Assembly (NCBI GenBank): GCA_964404195.1
Contig: CAYOJC010000001.1
Location: 57,940 to 121,939 of the forward strand
Reading direction: 5' to 3'
Source: an uncultured Syntrophobacteraceae bacterium
GTDB taxonomy: Bacteria; Desulfobacterota; Binatia; UBA9968
DNA length: 64,000 nucleotides
The notes beneath the pieces are model-generated. The model made no database searches, was not told the DNA's origin, and saw only the letters and a list, made by a program, of their open reading frames with translations. The translations under genes were made by a program, and so were the position numbers. How positions within the stretch are numbered: position 1 is the stretch's first letter; every line of letters begins with the position of its first letter. Below are positions 36,212 through 46,131 of this stretch, in pieces.

Positions 36212-37387
36212 TCATGAGGAATCCCATTGGGGTGAGTACGGCAGCGCTGGCAGATCAGCGACGACGATCATGGTTCCCTTCTGGCAACGAGGGCAGCGGG
36301 AAAGGTCGATGCCGGTGATCTCCCGCAAAAGGTCTTGGGCTGATCTGTTGGGAAGTTGGGGCAAGGCGGGATTAAGTCCCAACAGCTTGCGGCATTGAGG
36401 GAGAGCTTGCTTCTTGGAGCGGTTAGCGAGAAAGCCGAAGTGACGGACGCGCATGAAGCCATCGGGCAAGACGTGCAGCAAGAAGCGGCGGATAAATTCT
36501 TGGGCATCGAGGGTGAGGGTCTTCTTTCGATCCCCGTCTTTTCGATCTCTATAGCTCAAGATGACCTGGCCGTTTTGCGCGTTGAGGATGCGGTCGTTGG
36601 ACAGAGCCACGCGGTGAGTGTAGCGGCCGAGGTAATCAAGCACGGTCTGTGGAGAACCGAACGGCTTTTTCGCGTAGACGACCCAGCTCTTTTGGCGTGA
36701 TGCTTTGATCTCGTTGTCGGCCGCTGGGATTTTTCCTTTATCACAGGCCTGTTGTAACAGACCCAGAAACTTTCCACGAAAGACCTGGCTCAGAGCTGTG
36801 ACCGGGAACAGAAAGTTTTTGCGCGCCGAGATCCAGCGGCTGCCATCGAATGACAGAGCGCCTGCGGGGACGAGACAGTGTAGATGGAAATGATCTTTGA
36901 GCGTTTGATCCCAGGTATGGAGCACGGCGGTAATGCCCACCGTTGCGCCAAAGCGCCTTTGGCCGAACTCCAGGAGCGTTTCACTGACGGCTTTGAACAG
37001 AAGAGCCAACAGAATCTTTTTGTGGGCGAGAATCAGAGGATTAAATTCATGCGGCAAGGTGAAGACCAGATGGAAGTATCCCACCGGCAAAAGCTCAGAG
37101 GTTTGCCTCTCTAGCCACTTGGCCTTGGCCAGCGACTGGCATTTCGGGCAGTGGCGGTTACGGCAGGAGTTATAGGTCGGGTGCTCAAAACCGCAAGTGT
37201 CGCACTTCTTTAGATGCCCTCCCAGCTCTTGGGTGCGGCAGACCTCAACGGCCCGCATCACCTTTTTGTGGGAGGCCGGCAAACGATGCGCACGGCGGTA
37301 GCTCTCCCCGTGGCTACGAAAGATATCGGCCAGCTCGGGGCGCGCCTTTTTTTCTCCTGCCGCCCGCGCATGAGCGAGAGGCAGCAA
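36212..37387 (-). CDS. IS91-family transposase (HUH endonuclease, rolling-circle)
   Basis: Zn-binding N-terminus (CDTCGFEH…CRNRHCPKCQ) and the HUH motif AVLHTWDQTLKDHFHLHCLVP. Confidence 0.85.
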   Translation of the reverse strand: MLPLAHARAAGEKKARPELADIFRSHGESYRRAHRLPASHKKVMRAVEVCRTQELGGHLKKCDTCGFEHPTYNSCRNRHCPKCQSLAKAKWLERQTSELLPVGYFHLVFTLPHEFNPLILAHKKILLALLFKAVSETLLEFGQRRFGATVGITAVLHTWDQTLKDHFHLHCLVPAGALSFDGSRWISARKNFLFPVTALSQVFRGKFLGLLQQACDKGKIPAADNEIKASRQKSWVVYAKKPFGSPQTVLDYLGRYTHRVALSNDRILNAQNGQVILSYRDRKDGDRKKTLTLDAQEFIRRFLLHVLPDGFMRVRHFGFLANRSKKQALPQCRKLLGLNPALPQLPNRSAQDLLREITGIDLSRCPRCQKGTMIVVADLPALPYSPQWDSS

Positions 37388-37402
37388 AGATCAAGGCGCC
37401 TT

Positions 37403-38239
37403 TCAGTCAGGGAATCTCAACAGGTCCAGCGGATTCGCCGTGCTTGTGAGTTTGTGCTGGCGGATCTGCAAATAACGCTGGGTGCTCTGAAGAGAGTTGT
37501 GACCCAACAGCGTCTTAATGGTCACCAGATCCACCCCGGCTTCTAACAGATGCGTGGCAAAGCAGTGGCGCAGCGTGTGGATGCCGTGGCCTTTTTGGAT
37601 GCCGGCCTTCAGCTTGGCAAGATTGTAAATGCGCTGGGCGTAGTCGATCGAAAGCGGACCGCCCTTTCGGTTGGGAAAAAGCCACGTTGGGGAACGGTGC
37701 TCTTTCCAATACGAGCGCAGCTCGGTCAACAGCCGGTGGGACAAAATCGTGTAACGGTCTTTTCTCCCCTTGCCTTGCTCCACCTTAACCATCATCCGTT
37801 CGCTGTCGATGTCGCTCACTTTGAGCCGCACCAGCTCACTTACCCGAAGCCCCGTCGCATAGGCCGTCATCAAAAGACAGCGGTCGCGAAGCTTGCCGTT
37901 GGCACAACGCAAACGCTCCACTTCCTTCTGGCTTAATACCTCCGGCAATCGCCAGCTCCCTTTTCGCGGTGGCAAAAACAACTTCTCTTCATTCCATCCC
38001 AGAATCTGGTGATAGAAAAACTTCATCCCCGAGATCGCCACGTTGCGCGAACTCGGCGAGAGGCCCCGCTCTTTGAGGTGCAACAGATAAGAGCGAATCT
38101 GCTCTTGAGTGAGCTGATGCGGTGACTGACGGAAATGCTTGACCAGTCCCACCATCGCTGAAACGTAGGACTGCTCGGTCCTGGGCGAGAAGTTGCGCAG
38201 CCTCATCTCCTCGATCATCTTGGTCCGTAGTGCTCCCAT
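37403..38239 (-). CDS. tyrosine site-specific recombinase (phage-integrase family) associated with IS91
   Basis: C-terminal catalytic region HTLRHCFATHLLEAGVDLVTIKTLLGHNSLQSTQRYL (R..HxxR..Y). Confidence 0.85.
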   Translation of the reverse strand: MGALRTKMIEEMRLRNFSPRTEQSYVSAMVGLVKHFRQSPHQLTQEQIRSYLLHLKERGLSPSSRNVAISGMKFFYHQILGWNEEKLFLPPRKGSWRLPEVLSQKEVERLRCANGKLRDRCLLMTAYATGLRVSELVRLKVSDIDSERMMVKVEQGKGRKDRYTILSHRLLTELRSYWKEHRSPTWLFPNRKGGPLSIDYAQRIYNLAKLKAGIQKGHGIHTLRHCFATHLLEAGVDLVTIKTLLGHNSLQSTQRYLQIRQHKLTSTANPLDLLRFPD

Positions 38240-38714
38240 AACAAACCCTCCTTGGATTTAAATTTGGGAGCGAGGGTATCACAGGGAACACTGATCGATG
38301 AGATGATCTGAATGAGTCAGGAACGTGAATAGAAAACGAGAAGGTGAGTGAAAAGCACTGGCTCTACAGAAGCAGAGCCACCGCGAAGCGGTTTAGTTCA
38401 ACTATTAATTGAACAGGTCAATCTATCCCCATCCGACAGTTTCGAAATTCGGGGCAATTCTACAATCCTTCCCGCCTCTTAACAACAAAAACACTTCCCC
38501 GACAAACACTGCAAATATGTCAGCCTTTGCCGTTACCGTCGGACAGTGATCGAAGAGGCCTTGGGCAATCCTTTTTAAATTTGGACCAGCCATAGACCGT
38601 TTCTTAATGGGTGGATTGAAAAGCTTGGGCAAGCAATACTCCAAACCGAACCTGCACGTCAAGCGGCACGCGGCTGGTCTCGTAGACGTCCCCGCAATAG
38701 GAACAAGCGTCGCG

Positions 38715-39416
38715 CTACTGTTCGCTGAGCCGCTTTACCTGAGAAAAGAGATTTCCGGCCGTGATGACGGAGGAGGGGTTTACGGGCAATCCGGCTGCCT
38801 CTAAAGCTTCAGCGACCCATGTATTGCAGTTTCTAAACAGGTGAAACTTTTCTCGCGCCGGATAGAAGCGGCTGTTCGGAAAAAGCCCTTGCCGGGACTC
38901 TTCCGGCGTTCCCGACCGCAGGAACGAGTCGGACACGAACTGAGTCAATCGCTGATATCCCTCTGCGGAAAGCGTGAGCCCATAAATCTCCGCGCCGCGA
39001 AAATGATCCTCAACGGCGCCGTCGAAGGCCGTGACGTGCACAACACTGCCGCCGGAAAAGAAAGCGGCCTTGATCGCCAATCCTATTCCGGCGTCGGGAG
39101 TCAGGTAAAAGTCCCGGTCGCCCCATCCGATCTCCAGGTTCTCTCCGGGCAAGTCTTGAGCCTCCGGTAAAAGACCGGAAGGAATGTCCGCTTTGCTGAT
39201 AGCGATCCCGGTGTGCCAGCCATAATTGACGACCAAGACGCGTTTCCCCGTTTCTCCGGGAGCCGGCCGCGCGAAGGGTTGTTCGACGGCCGTCGCGCAA
39301 GCGGAAAGAAAAACGAAAAGAAAGGTTGCACAAAATGCTTTCCGCGCCGGATACCAATAAGAAAGATCGTTTGCTCTGTCCCGTATTTTATCTCGAATAT
39401 TCATAGTTCCAATCAC
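38715..39416 (-). CDS. hypothetical lipoprotein
   Basis: Signal plus lipobox (FVFLSAC). No confident family assignment. Confidence 0.4.
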   Translation of the reverse strand: MIGTMNIRDKIRDRANDLSYWYPARKAFCATFLFVFLSACATAVEQPFARPAPGETGKRVLVVNYGWHTGIAISKADIPSGLLPEAQDLPGENLEIGWGDRDFYLTPDAGIGLAIKAAFFSGGSVVHVTAFDGAVEDHFRGAEIYGLTLSAEGYQRLTQFVSDSFLRSGTPEESRQGLFPNSRFYPAREKFHLFRNCNTWVAEALEAAGLPVNPSSVITAGNLFSQVKRLSEQ

Positions 39417-39438
39417 GTCAGCATGCTACCTTAAAAGT

Positions 39439-39900
39439 ATGCACGCTCTTGAGCTTAAGGTTCCGCCTCTCGCATTTGTTCTTTTCATAGCGCTGCTCAT
39501 GTGGCTGGTCACATGGGCCGTACCCCAACTCGGATTCGCCTTTCCCGGACGCGCTGTCGTCGTAGTGGCTCTCGCTGTCGCCGGAACAATCACAATCGTC
39601 TTAGGCGTTGCGTCGTTCAGGCGGGCAAGAACGACTCTCAACCCCATGAAGCCCGAGTCATCGACTTCTTTGGTTGTTTCCGGCGTCTACAAGTTTACGC
39701 GGAACCCGATGTACCTGGGGGTTCTTTTGGTCTTGGCCGGGTGGGCGGTTTTCTTGTCGAACTTGCCTGCGTCCCTTCTGCTTCCTGCTTTCGTCCTCTA
39801 CATGAACCGCTTTCAAATCGAACCTGAGGAGAGGGCGCTCAGGTCCAAGTTTCCGGAGAAGTTCTTGGCGTATCAATGTCGGGCACGCAGGTGGCTGTGA
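39439..39900 (+). CDS. isoprenylcysteine carboxyl methyltransferase/phospholipid methyltransferase-family membrane protein
   Basis: Several TM helices and the ICMT/PEMT motif SGVYKFTRNPMYLG. Confidence 0.7.
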   Translation: MHALELKVPPLAFVLFIALLMWLVTWAVPQLGFAFPGRAVVVVALAVAGTITIVLGVASFRRARTTLNPMKPESSTSLVVSGVYKFTRNPMYLGVLLVLAGWAVFLSNLPASLLLPAFVLYMNRFQIEPEERALRSKFPEKFLAYQCRARRWL

Positions 39901-39930
39901 GCCGTAACCGTAAGATGTTATCGTATCCTC

Positions 39931-40833
39931 ATGTCCCATCACGAAAGTCCAAAGATTCGCCGCGTCGAAACCAGCCTCCTAAACATCGCCTATGAAGAGC
40001 GCGGACCGAGCGGCGGTTTTCCGGTTATTCTTCTACACGGATGGCCGGATGATGTTCGCACGTGGGACGGCGTGGTCGCGACATTGAATGACGCGGGTTT
40101 TCGCACGATCGCGCTCTACCTGCGCGGCTTCGGCCCGACGCGATTTCGCGATGGCTCGACGATGCGAAGCGGTCAGTTGTCGGCGTTGGGCGGCGACGTG
40201 ATTGAGATGGCGCAGGCGCTCGGTTTGGATCGCTTCGCCATCGTCGGGCACGACTGGGGCGCGCGCGCCGCTTATATCGCGGCGACCGAGCTTAGTGAGC
40301 GCGTCACGCGGCTCGTTGCGATTTCAGTCGGCTACGGCACGAACAGTTCGGACCAGCAACTGCCACTGACTCAAGTCAAGAATTACTGGTACCACTGGTA
40401 CTTTTCCTTGCCGCGCGGCATCGAGCTGGTGAGAAACGCGCGGCGCGAGCTTGGCAAATTCATGTGGCGGACCTGGTCGCCGACGTGGCAATTCTCCGAG
40501 TCCGACTATTCCGAGACCGCGGCTTCGTTCGAGAACCCGGATTGGGCGGACGTGACGATCCACTCTTACCGCCACCGCTGGGGACTCGCCGAGGGCGATC
40601 CGCGCTATGCGGATCTTGAGCGTCGATTGGCATTGCTGCCGCAGATCTCTATTCAAACGCTTGTCCTGCACGGCGGCGCGGACGCGTGCAATGATCCGGC
40701 GACTTCCGCCGGCAAGGAAATTTTTTTCACCGGCCGCTACGAGCGCAAGCTGTTGCCAAACCTCGGCCACTTTCCGCAGCGTGAGAATCCCAAAATCGTA
40801 GCCCAAGAGATCATCGCCTGGCTGCGAAGTTAA
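39931..40833 (+). CDS. alpha/beta-fold hydrolase (epoxide hydrolase/haloalkane dehalogenase-like)
   Basis: HGWPDDVRTW oxyanion region and GHDWGA nucleophile elbow. Confidence 0.8.
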   Translation: MSHHESPKIRRVETSLLNIAYEERGPSGGFPVILLHGWPDDVRTWDGVVATLNDAGFRTIALYLRGFGPTRFRDGSTMRSGQLSALGGDVIEMAQALGLDRFAIVGHDWGARAAYIAATELSERVTRLVAISVGYGTNSSDQQLPLTQVKNYWYHWYFSLPRGIELVRNARRELGKFMWRTWSPTWQFSESDYSETAASFENPDWADVTIHSYRHRWGLAEGDPRYADLERRLALLPQISIQTLVLHGGADACNDPATSAGKEIFFTGRYERKLLPNLGHFPQRENPKIVAQEIIAWLRS

Positions 40834-40852
40834 ATCCAGGAGAGAATCTGAA

Positions 40853-41392
40853 TTGATCACGACTCCGATTCTCATTCTTCCCGGCCTGGGAAATTCCGGC
40901 CCCGATCACTGGCAGAGCTTGTGGGAAGCGGCAGATCCCGCGATTCGCCGCGTGGTCCAACACGACTGGAATCGTCCCGATCCCGCGGAATGGCTGGAGA
41001 CGTTGCATCGGCACATCATCGGCCGCGAAGCGCCGCCGGTTTTAGTCGCGCACAGTCTCGGCTGCACGTTGGTCGCGCACTACGCGAAAAACTTGGCGCA
41101 CCCAATCAAAGGCGCGTTACTGGTCTCTCCATCAGACGTGGATTCGCCGGCGCACACACCCGACGAGGCGCGGGGCTTTAGCCCGATGCCTCTCGCTCGA
41201 TTTTCCTTTCCCAGCATCGTGGTCGCGAGCACGAACGATCCTTACGTCGAGCTGGAACGCGCGAAATTTTTTGCCGAGCGCTGGGACAGCCGTTGGGTGA
41301 CCATAAAGGAAGGCGGCCACCTCAACGCCGCTTCAGGATTGGGCGCCTGGCCGGAAGGCAGGAAATTGCTCAACGAGTTGCTAAGCCAATGA
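40853..41392 (+). CDS. RBBP9/YdeN-like serine hydrolase (alpha/beta fold)
   Basis: ~180 aa. LILPGLGNSGPDHW…VAHSLGC. Confidence 0.6.
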   Translation: MITTPILILPGLGNSGPDHWQSLWEAADPAIRRVVQHDWNRPDPAEWLETLHRHIIGREAPPVLVAHSLGCTLVAHYAKNLAHPIKGALLVSPSDVDSPAHTPDEARGFSPMPLARFSFPSIVVASTNDPYVELERAKFFAERWDSRWVTIKEGGHLNAASGLGAWPEGRKLLNELLSQ

Positions 41393-41404
41393 CGCGATGC
41401 ATTC

Positions 41405-42265
41405 TCACATCGCCGCGACGAGAATCCGAATTCCGACGAAGGCAAGAGCGACGGCCAGCCCTCGAATGATCCAGTCGCCGTGAATGCGATCCGACAGGGC
41501 TGCCCCGACCGGCGCTCCAATTATGACGCCGATACCCAGAGCTATCGTCCGCCTCACTCCATGCGTGAAGGCGCCGGTTACAACATGCACGAGCGTGCCG
41601 GTAAAGGCCATGACGGCCAAAATAAACTGCGAAGTCGCGGTGGCAATGTGCACCGGAAAGTTAAGTACGTTCACCAGAACGGGAACATGGATAAAGCCCC
41701 CGCCCACACCCAGCAAACTCGAAACATAACCTACCAGAAAGCTTACGCCCACCCCGATTGCAGGATTATAATTAAATTTGTAGGCATGACCCTCGCCGTC
41801 AACGAGTTCTCGCGTCGTGTAAGAAAGGGAGTTCTTCATAGCTCGGCCACCCAAGCCGGTTATTCCCAGTTGTGAAGCCGCCTTGGGATACATCAAGAGG
41901 TAGATCGACGCCAAAATCATCAAGACACCGAAGACCGAATCAAAAAGGCTGCGGGGTATATAGACCGTCGTGAGCGCGCCCAAAATGGCGCCGGGAACGG
42001 TAGCCAGCGAAAAAATGAAACCCGACTTGTAGTCGATGCGCTTCTTGCGTCCATAGGCGACAGAGCCCGCCGCGGCATTTAAAAACACCACCGCTAAAGA
42101 AATACTGACGATGATTTCGGGCGGCTCTTTCGGATATAGCAACAACAGCAGCGGAACCAACACGAAGCCGCCGCCGGCCCCGATGAGCGTTCCATAAGCG
42201 CCGAGGACAAATCCGGCCGGAATCAGCCACCAATACTGCTCGAACGAGCTCAACACCTCAGCCAT
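41405..42265 (-). CDS. TauE/SafE (DUF81) family anion/sulfite exporter
   Basis: Two 4-TM repeats, each with a GxGGG motif (GAGGGFVLVPLL and GVGGGFIHVPVL). Confidence 0.8.
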   Translation of the reverse strand: MAEVLSSFEQYWWLIPAGFVLGAYGTLIGAGGGFVLVPLLLLLYPKEPPEIIVSISLAVVFLNAAAGSVAYGRKKRIDYKSGFIFSLATVPGAILGALTTVYIPRSLFDSVFGVLMILASIYLLMYPKAASQLGITGLGGRAMKNSLSYTTRELVDGEGHAYKFNYNPAIGVGVSFLVGYVSSLLGVGGGFIHVPVLVNVLNFPVHIATATSQFILAVMAFTGTLVHVVTGAFTHGVRRTIALGIGVIIGAPVGAALSDRIHGDWIIRGLAVALAFVGIRILVAAM

Positions 42266-42438
42266 TTTGGATTTATCGAATCTCGGATTGCAGCATCTTC
42301 GATCTATTGAAGAGACACTTCGGTGAGTGAGACCCTACGCCACAAAATTTTCCGACGAGCCGGACGTCACTCCGATGCGCTAAAATTTCACTGTAATTTA
42401 CTACAGAAGAGCGAAGCCCGAAAGTATAGGCGCCTTAC

Positions 42439-44220
42439 TCACCGCATCTGCACGACCACGTCCACCAGCGCCGGCTTGCCGCTTTTCACGATTTTGATCG
42501 CGTCGCGCAGCGCTTTGGCGAGATCTTTCGGATCGGTCACCGGGCCGGCGCCCCAGACGCCGTAGGATTTTGCGTTGGCGGCGAAGTCGACGGCGGGATC
42601 TTCGATGCGGATGCCGACGGTTTTGTTTTCCACCGGGCGGTGGCGCGCTATGGCGACGCGCTCCTGGTGCTCTTCGTCGTTGAAGTAAGAACGGTTGCTG
42701 CAGACCACGACCAGGAGCGGAATCTGGTGGTGCACCGCGGTCCAAAGAGCGCTGATGGTGAACAACAAGCAGCCGTCGGGCTGGATGTCGACGCAGAATT
42801 TCCCCGAGCCTTTGTGCGCTAGCGCCGCCCCTAAGGACGCCGGCAAACCGTAACCCAGGCCGCCACCTTTATACTTGCCCAGAATCTGGTTGAACCTGGT
42901 CGCGGGCATGTAAAGATTTTCTTTTCCCTGTGAGCTGCCATTGGTCAACACCCAGTCTTCGCCTTTCAACGCCTCGGCCAGCTCCGTGTAGATTCGCGTC
43001 ATCGCAATCGGCTTCTCGTCCCACTTGGCTTTCAGCTCTTTGTCCAGAGCAGCCTTTTTCTGCTCGTGAATCTTGCCCCAATCGGCGCGCCGCTTGTCGA
43101 TCTCGCCTTGTGACGCGGCAAGCTTCTTCTCCGCCTTCAAACGCCGTACCAGCTCGGGCAGGAAAACCGCGGTGTCCGCCATGATCATGAGATCGGCTTC
43201 CCGGAGCTTGTTGAAGTCCGTCGCCCAGGCGCGCACGAGCAGATCGTCGAGCGCGACATTGATGACCTTGGCGTTGGCCGGCATCAAGGGAATCGGCCGC
43301 CGATTGCCTCCCTCCTGCGCTCTCTTGGTCGTGGCGCCCTCGAGATCGGGAACGTCGAGCGCCAGGATGAGATCCGCTTGCGGAATGACTTTGTCGGCTT
43401 GTCCGGTAAGATTCAGCGGATGCTGCACGGGAAAATTGAGCCTGCCGAGTTGGTCCAGCACCGGCGCGGCGAGCATTTCGGCCAATTCGCCCAGCGCTTT
43501 GAAACCGGCTTCTTTCCTGCCGACCCAGTCCGCCAGGATCACCGGCCGCTTCGCTTCGAGCAGCATCTTAATTGTTTTCTCGAATCCTTCTTCCGGCGCC
43601 TGTAACGGCAGCGGCGCGGGATAGCGATCCAGCGACACGGAAGGAACGTCGCCGTCGAGCTTCTTCTCCTGCACGTCGCCGTCGTAGCAGATGTAAACCG
43701 GTCCCTGCGGATCGGTAGTGGCCAAACGGTAAGCGCGGATAAAAGAATCCGGCACCGCCTCGACGCTCGCCGGCTGGTCGTCCCACTTGCAGAAGTCGCG
43801 AACCAGATTGCCTTGCACGTTCGCCGTATGAACCCAATCGATCCATGGCCGGCGGTTGGCGGTGTCCATCGGGCCGGTGCCGCCGAGAACGATGACGGGC
43901 AATCGGTCGGCCCAGGCATTGTAAATCGCCATCGAAGCATGCTGCAGGCCGACCACGTTGTGCACCGCCGCGGCCATCGGTCTCCCCTTGGCGCGCGCGT
44001 AGCCGTGCGCGAAGGCCACGGCGATCTCTTCGTGGTTGCAAAGTATAATTTCGGGCGCGCGGTTGCCGCCGTAGTTGACGAGCGAATCGTGCAACCCGCG
44101 GAACGTGGCTCCGGGATTGATCGCGATGTACTCGATCTCGAAAGCTTTGAGTAGGTCGACGATCACGTCGGAGCCCCATTCGGCCCGGGGTTTCTCGACT
44201 ATTCGCGCTGCTTTGCTCAT
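42439..44220 (-). CDS. thiamine-diphosphate-dependent enzyme (acetolactate synthase large subunit/benzoylformate decarboxylase/Xsc-like)
   Basis: 593 aa. TPP-enzyme N-terminal Pyr domain (CNHEEIAVAFAHGYARAKGRP…VIVLGGTG) and C-terminal PP domain (GGGLGYGLPASLGAAL). Confidence 0.8.
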   Translation of the reverse strand: MSKAARIVEKPRAEWGSDVIVDLLKAFEIEYIAINPGATFRGLHDSLVNYGGNRAPEIILCNHEEIAVAFAHGYARAKGRPMAAAVHNVVGLQHASMAIYNAWADRLPVIVLGGTGPMDTANRRPWIDWVHTANVQGNLVRDFCKWDDQPASVEAVPDSFIRAYRLATTDPQGPVYICYDGDVQEKKLDGDVPSVSLDRYPAPLPLQAPEEGFEKTIKMLLEAKRPVILADWVGRKEAGFKALGELAEMLAAPVLDQLGRLNFPVQHPLNLTGQADKVIPQADLILALDVPDLEGATTKRAQEGGNRRPIPLMPANAKVINVALDDLLVRAWATDFNKLREADLMIMADTAVFLPELVRRLKAEKKLAASQGEIDKRRADWGKIHEQKKAALDKELKAKWDEKPIAMTRIYTELAEALKGEDWVLTNGSSQGKENLYMPATRFNQILGKYKGGGLGYGLPASLGAALAHKGSGKFCVDIQPDGCLLFTISALWTAVHHQIPLLVVVCSNRSYFNDEEHQERVAIARHRPVENKTVGIRIEDPAVDFAANAKSYGVWGAGPVTDPKDLAKALRDAIKIVKSGKPALVDVVVQMR

Positions 44221-44376
44221 GTCAATAGCTCCTTATGAATTCATCGGCTGCGGTCGTTTCGTTGGCACCATATTCTAAGAATTTGCCCGTGGCAAGCGAG
44301 ATGAAGTCTCCTCGCTTCCCGTCGCGTTGACGAAGCGCGCGCCGCGAAGTAAGTTCCGCTCAGAGGGAGATCGCGC

Positions 44377-45651
44377 ATGAATAAAGAAAAGGTCTACGAC
44401 GACCTGCTGTCCGGCATCGAAGGCGATCGCACCGAGCTGGTCGATCTCTGTCTCAAGCTCGGCAATATCCCGAGCCATCACGGCAAAGAAAGAAAAGTGG
44501 GCGAGGCCGTGCTCGCGTGGCTCACAGAATGCGGCATTCACGGCGCGCTTCAATTCATCACCGACGAGAGCGTCAACGCGGTGGCAACGATGCCGGGCAG
44601 CGGCGACGGGACCAGCCTGATCCTCAACGCGCATATGGATACCGGACCCGAATTGGGACCCGACGCCACGGAGGCCGACAAGAAAATCGACGGCGCGTGG
44701 ACGGAGGGCGAGCTCATCTTCGGCCGAGGAGTGATCAACGACAAGGCGCAGCTTTGCGCGTTCATGATCGCGGCGCGAGCGATCCAAAGGTCCGGAATTC
44801 GCTTGCGCGGCGATCTCACGATCACGGCGGTGGCGTTCGAGACCGGCGCGCCGTCGATCGACGAGTATCAAGGCGTCAATTTTCCCGGCGAGGGCTTCGG
44901 CACCAAATGGGTCGTCGACCGCGGAGTCACGGCGGACTACGCGCTCGTGGGCGAGACTTCCGGCTTCGGCATCGTCCGCGCAGAGTGCGGCGCCGTCTGG
45001 CTCAAGGTGCGGGTGAAAGGAAAAGAGGTCTACACGCCGCGCTTCGAGCGCGGCGCGTCGATCCAGGAAAATCCCAACGCCTTCGCCAAGGCGGCGCACG
45101 TGATCCTGGCGCTTGAGGAATGGGCGGTCCGGTACCAGCAGAAAGAAAAACTGGAGTTAGAAGGCGGCGCGATCGTCCCCAAGGCGCAGATAATGAATAT
45201 CCGCGGCAATAACGAGATCAGTCAGGCGAGCCCCTTCTGCGACATCTATATGGATATCCGCCTTGTTCCCGGCAAAAAGCCCGAAGCGGTCAAGAAAGAC
45301 GTCGCGCGCGCGGTGCGCGCGTTGGGCATCGAGTGCGAGGTCTCCGCGTTTCAATATTCGCGCGGCCATATCGCCGAGAATGCCGAGGCGCTGATTTCCG
45401 CGCTCACCGATGCGCACCGTTACGTTTTCGGGACCGAGCCGCCACTGCCGCCTTCCGCCGAAGTGAGCATGTGGCGCGATCTCAACGTCTTCAACGAGGT
45501 CGGCATCCCCTCGGTCTGCTACGGCCCGCCGCGGCAGCGAGACCCGTTCAGCGGCGCGGGCAATCGCGCGATGAAAATCTCCGACCTCGTCGCCGCGACG
45601 AAAGTCTACGCGCTGACGGCATTGCTTGTTTGCGGAGTGTCGGACCGCTGA
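44377..45651 (+). CDS. M20-family metallopeptidase/deacylase (ArgE/DapE-like)
   Basis: NAHMDTG…GRGVINDK…GETSG metal-ligand motifs. 424 aa. Confidence 0.75.
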   Translation: MNKEKVYDDLLSGIEGDRTELVDLCLKLGNIPSHHGKERKVGEAVLAWLTECGIHGALQFITDESVNAVATMPGSGDGTSLILNAHMDTGPELGPDATEADKKIDGAWTEGELIFGRGVINDKAQLCAFMIAARAIQRSGIRLRGDLTITAVAFETGAPSIDEYQGVNFPGEGFGTKWVVDRGVTADYALVGETSGFGIVRAECGAVWLKVRVKGKEVYTPRFERGASIQENPNAFAKAAHVILALEEWAVRYQQKEKLELEGGAIVPKAQIMNIRGNNEISQASPFCDIYMDIRLVPGKKPEAVKKDVARAVRALGIECEVSAFQYSRGHIAENAEALISALTDAHRYVFGTEPPLPPSAEVSMWRDLNVFNEVGIPSVCYGPPRQRDPFSGAGNRAMKISDLVAATKVYALTALLVCGVSDR

Positions 45652-46131
45652 AAAAGGCCCATCTACCATAGCCCGCCACCGGCGGGCGTTCAGATAGTTG
45701 CGCGTCGAAACGCGACAATCTTGACGCTTGCCGGTGGGCAAGCTATGCGACGTACTAGAAGAGTACGCCTGCGCTCAGCCCGTCCTGAGCGAAGCCGAAG
45801 GATCGATTTCTCGCGCGCCTTGTAGCTGGAACCTTTTTGACCGGTCTGAAAAAGTCATTGACGAATCGTCTGCGCGAGCGGGCCGCCTCGCGCCGAAGGG
45901 GGGCCTGTTCCGAAGCAGCGAGACGTCCGACACTGAAGTCTCTCAGATACAGTGCGGATTCAAGCAGACACTTCGAGACAGAACGGCAGAGACCCATCGG
46001 CTCGCGCGGAGGAGCAGGCCCCTCTTCGGCGCGCATCCTATAATGGAGCGTGACAATTATAAATTGCAGTAGCCGATTGCGTGTGTTAAGGCACACTCGT
46101 TGTCGTAGCTCGGGACGAAGGAGGGCAAACT

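Larger units (their letters stand above)
36150..38300 (-). mobile_element. IS91-family insertion sequence (tyrosine recombinase plus HUH Y2 transposase); ends not defined
   Basis: The two adjacent genes are typical of IS91-like elements. The flanks are low-GC non-coding (38240-38714 and 35914-36211). Confidence 0.5.

Noticed and set aside
45652-45700. GC hairpin gcccgcc-acc-ggcgggc after the M20 gene, considered as an intrinsic terminator.
   Set aside because: It has no downstream U-tract. It was not called, although it may still stabilise the transcript.
45728-46072. 114-aa ORF in the M20-VOC intergenic region.
   Set aside because: It runs through a REP-type palindrome (encoding …PVLSEAEGS…) and several hairpins. 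It has no RBS and low coding potential, so it is likely non-coding.
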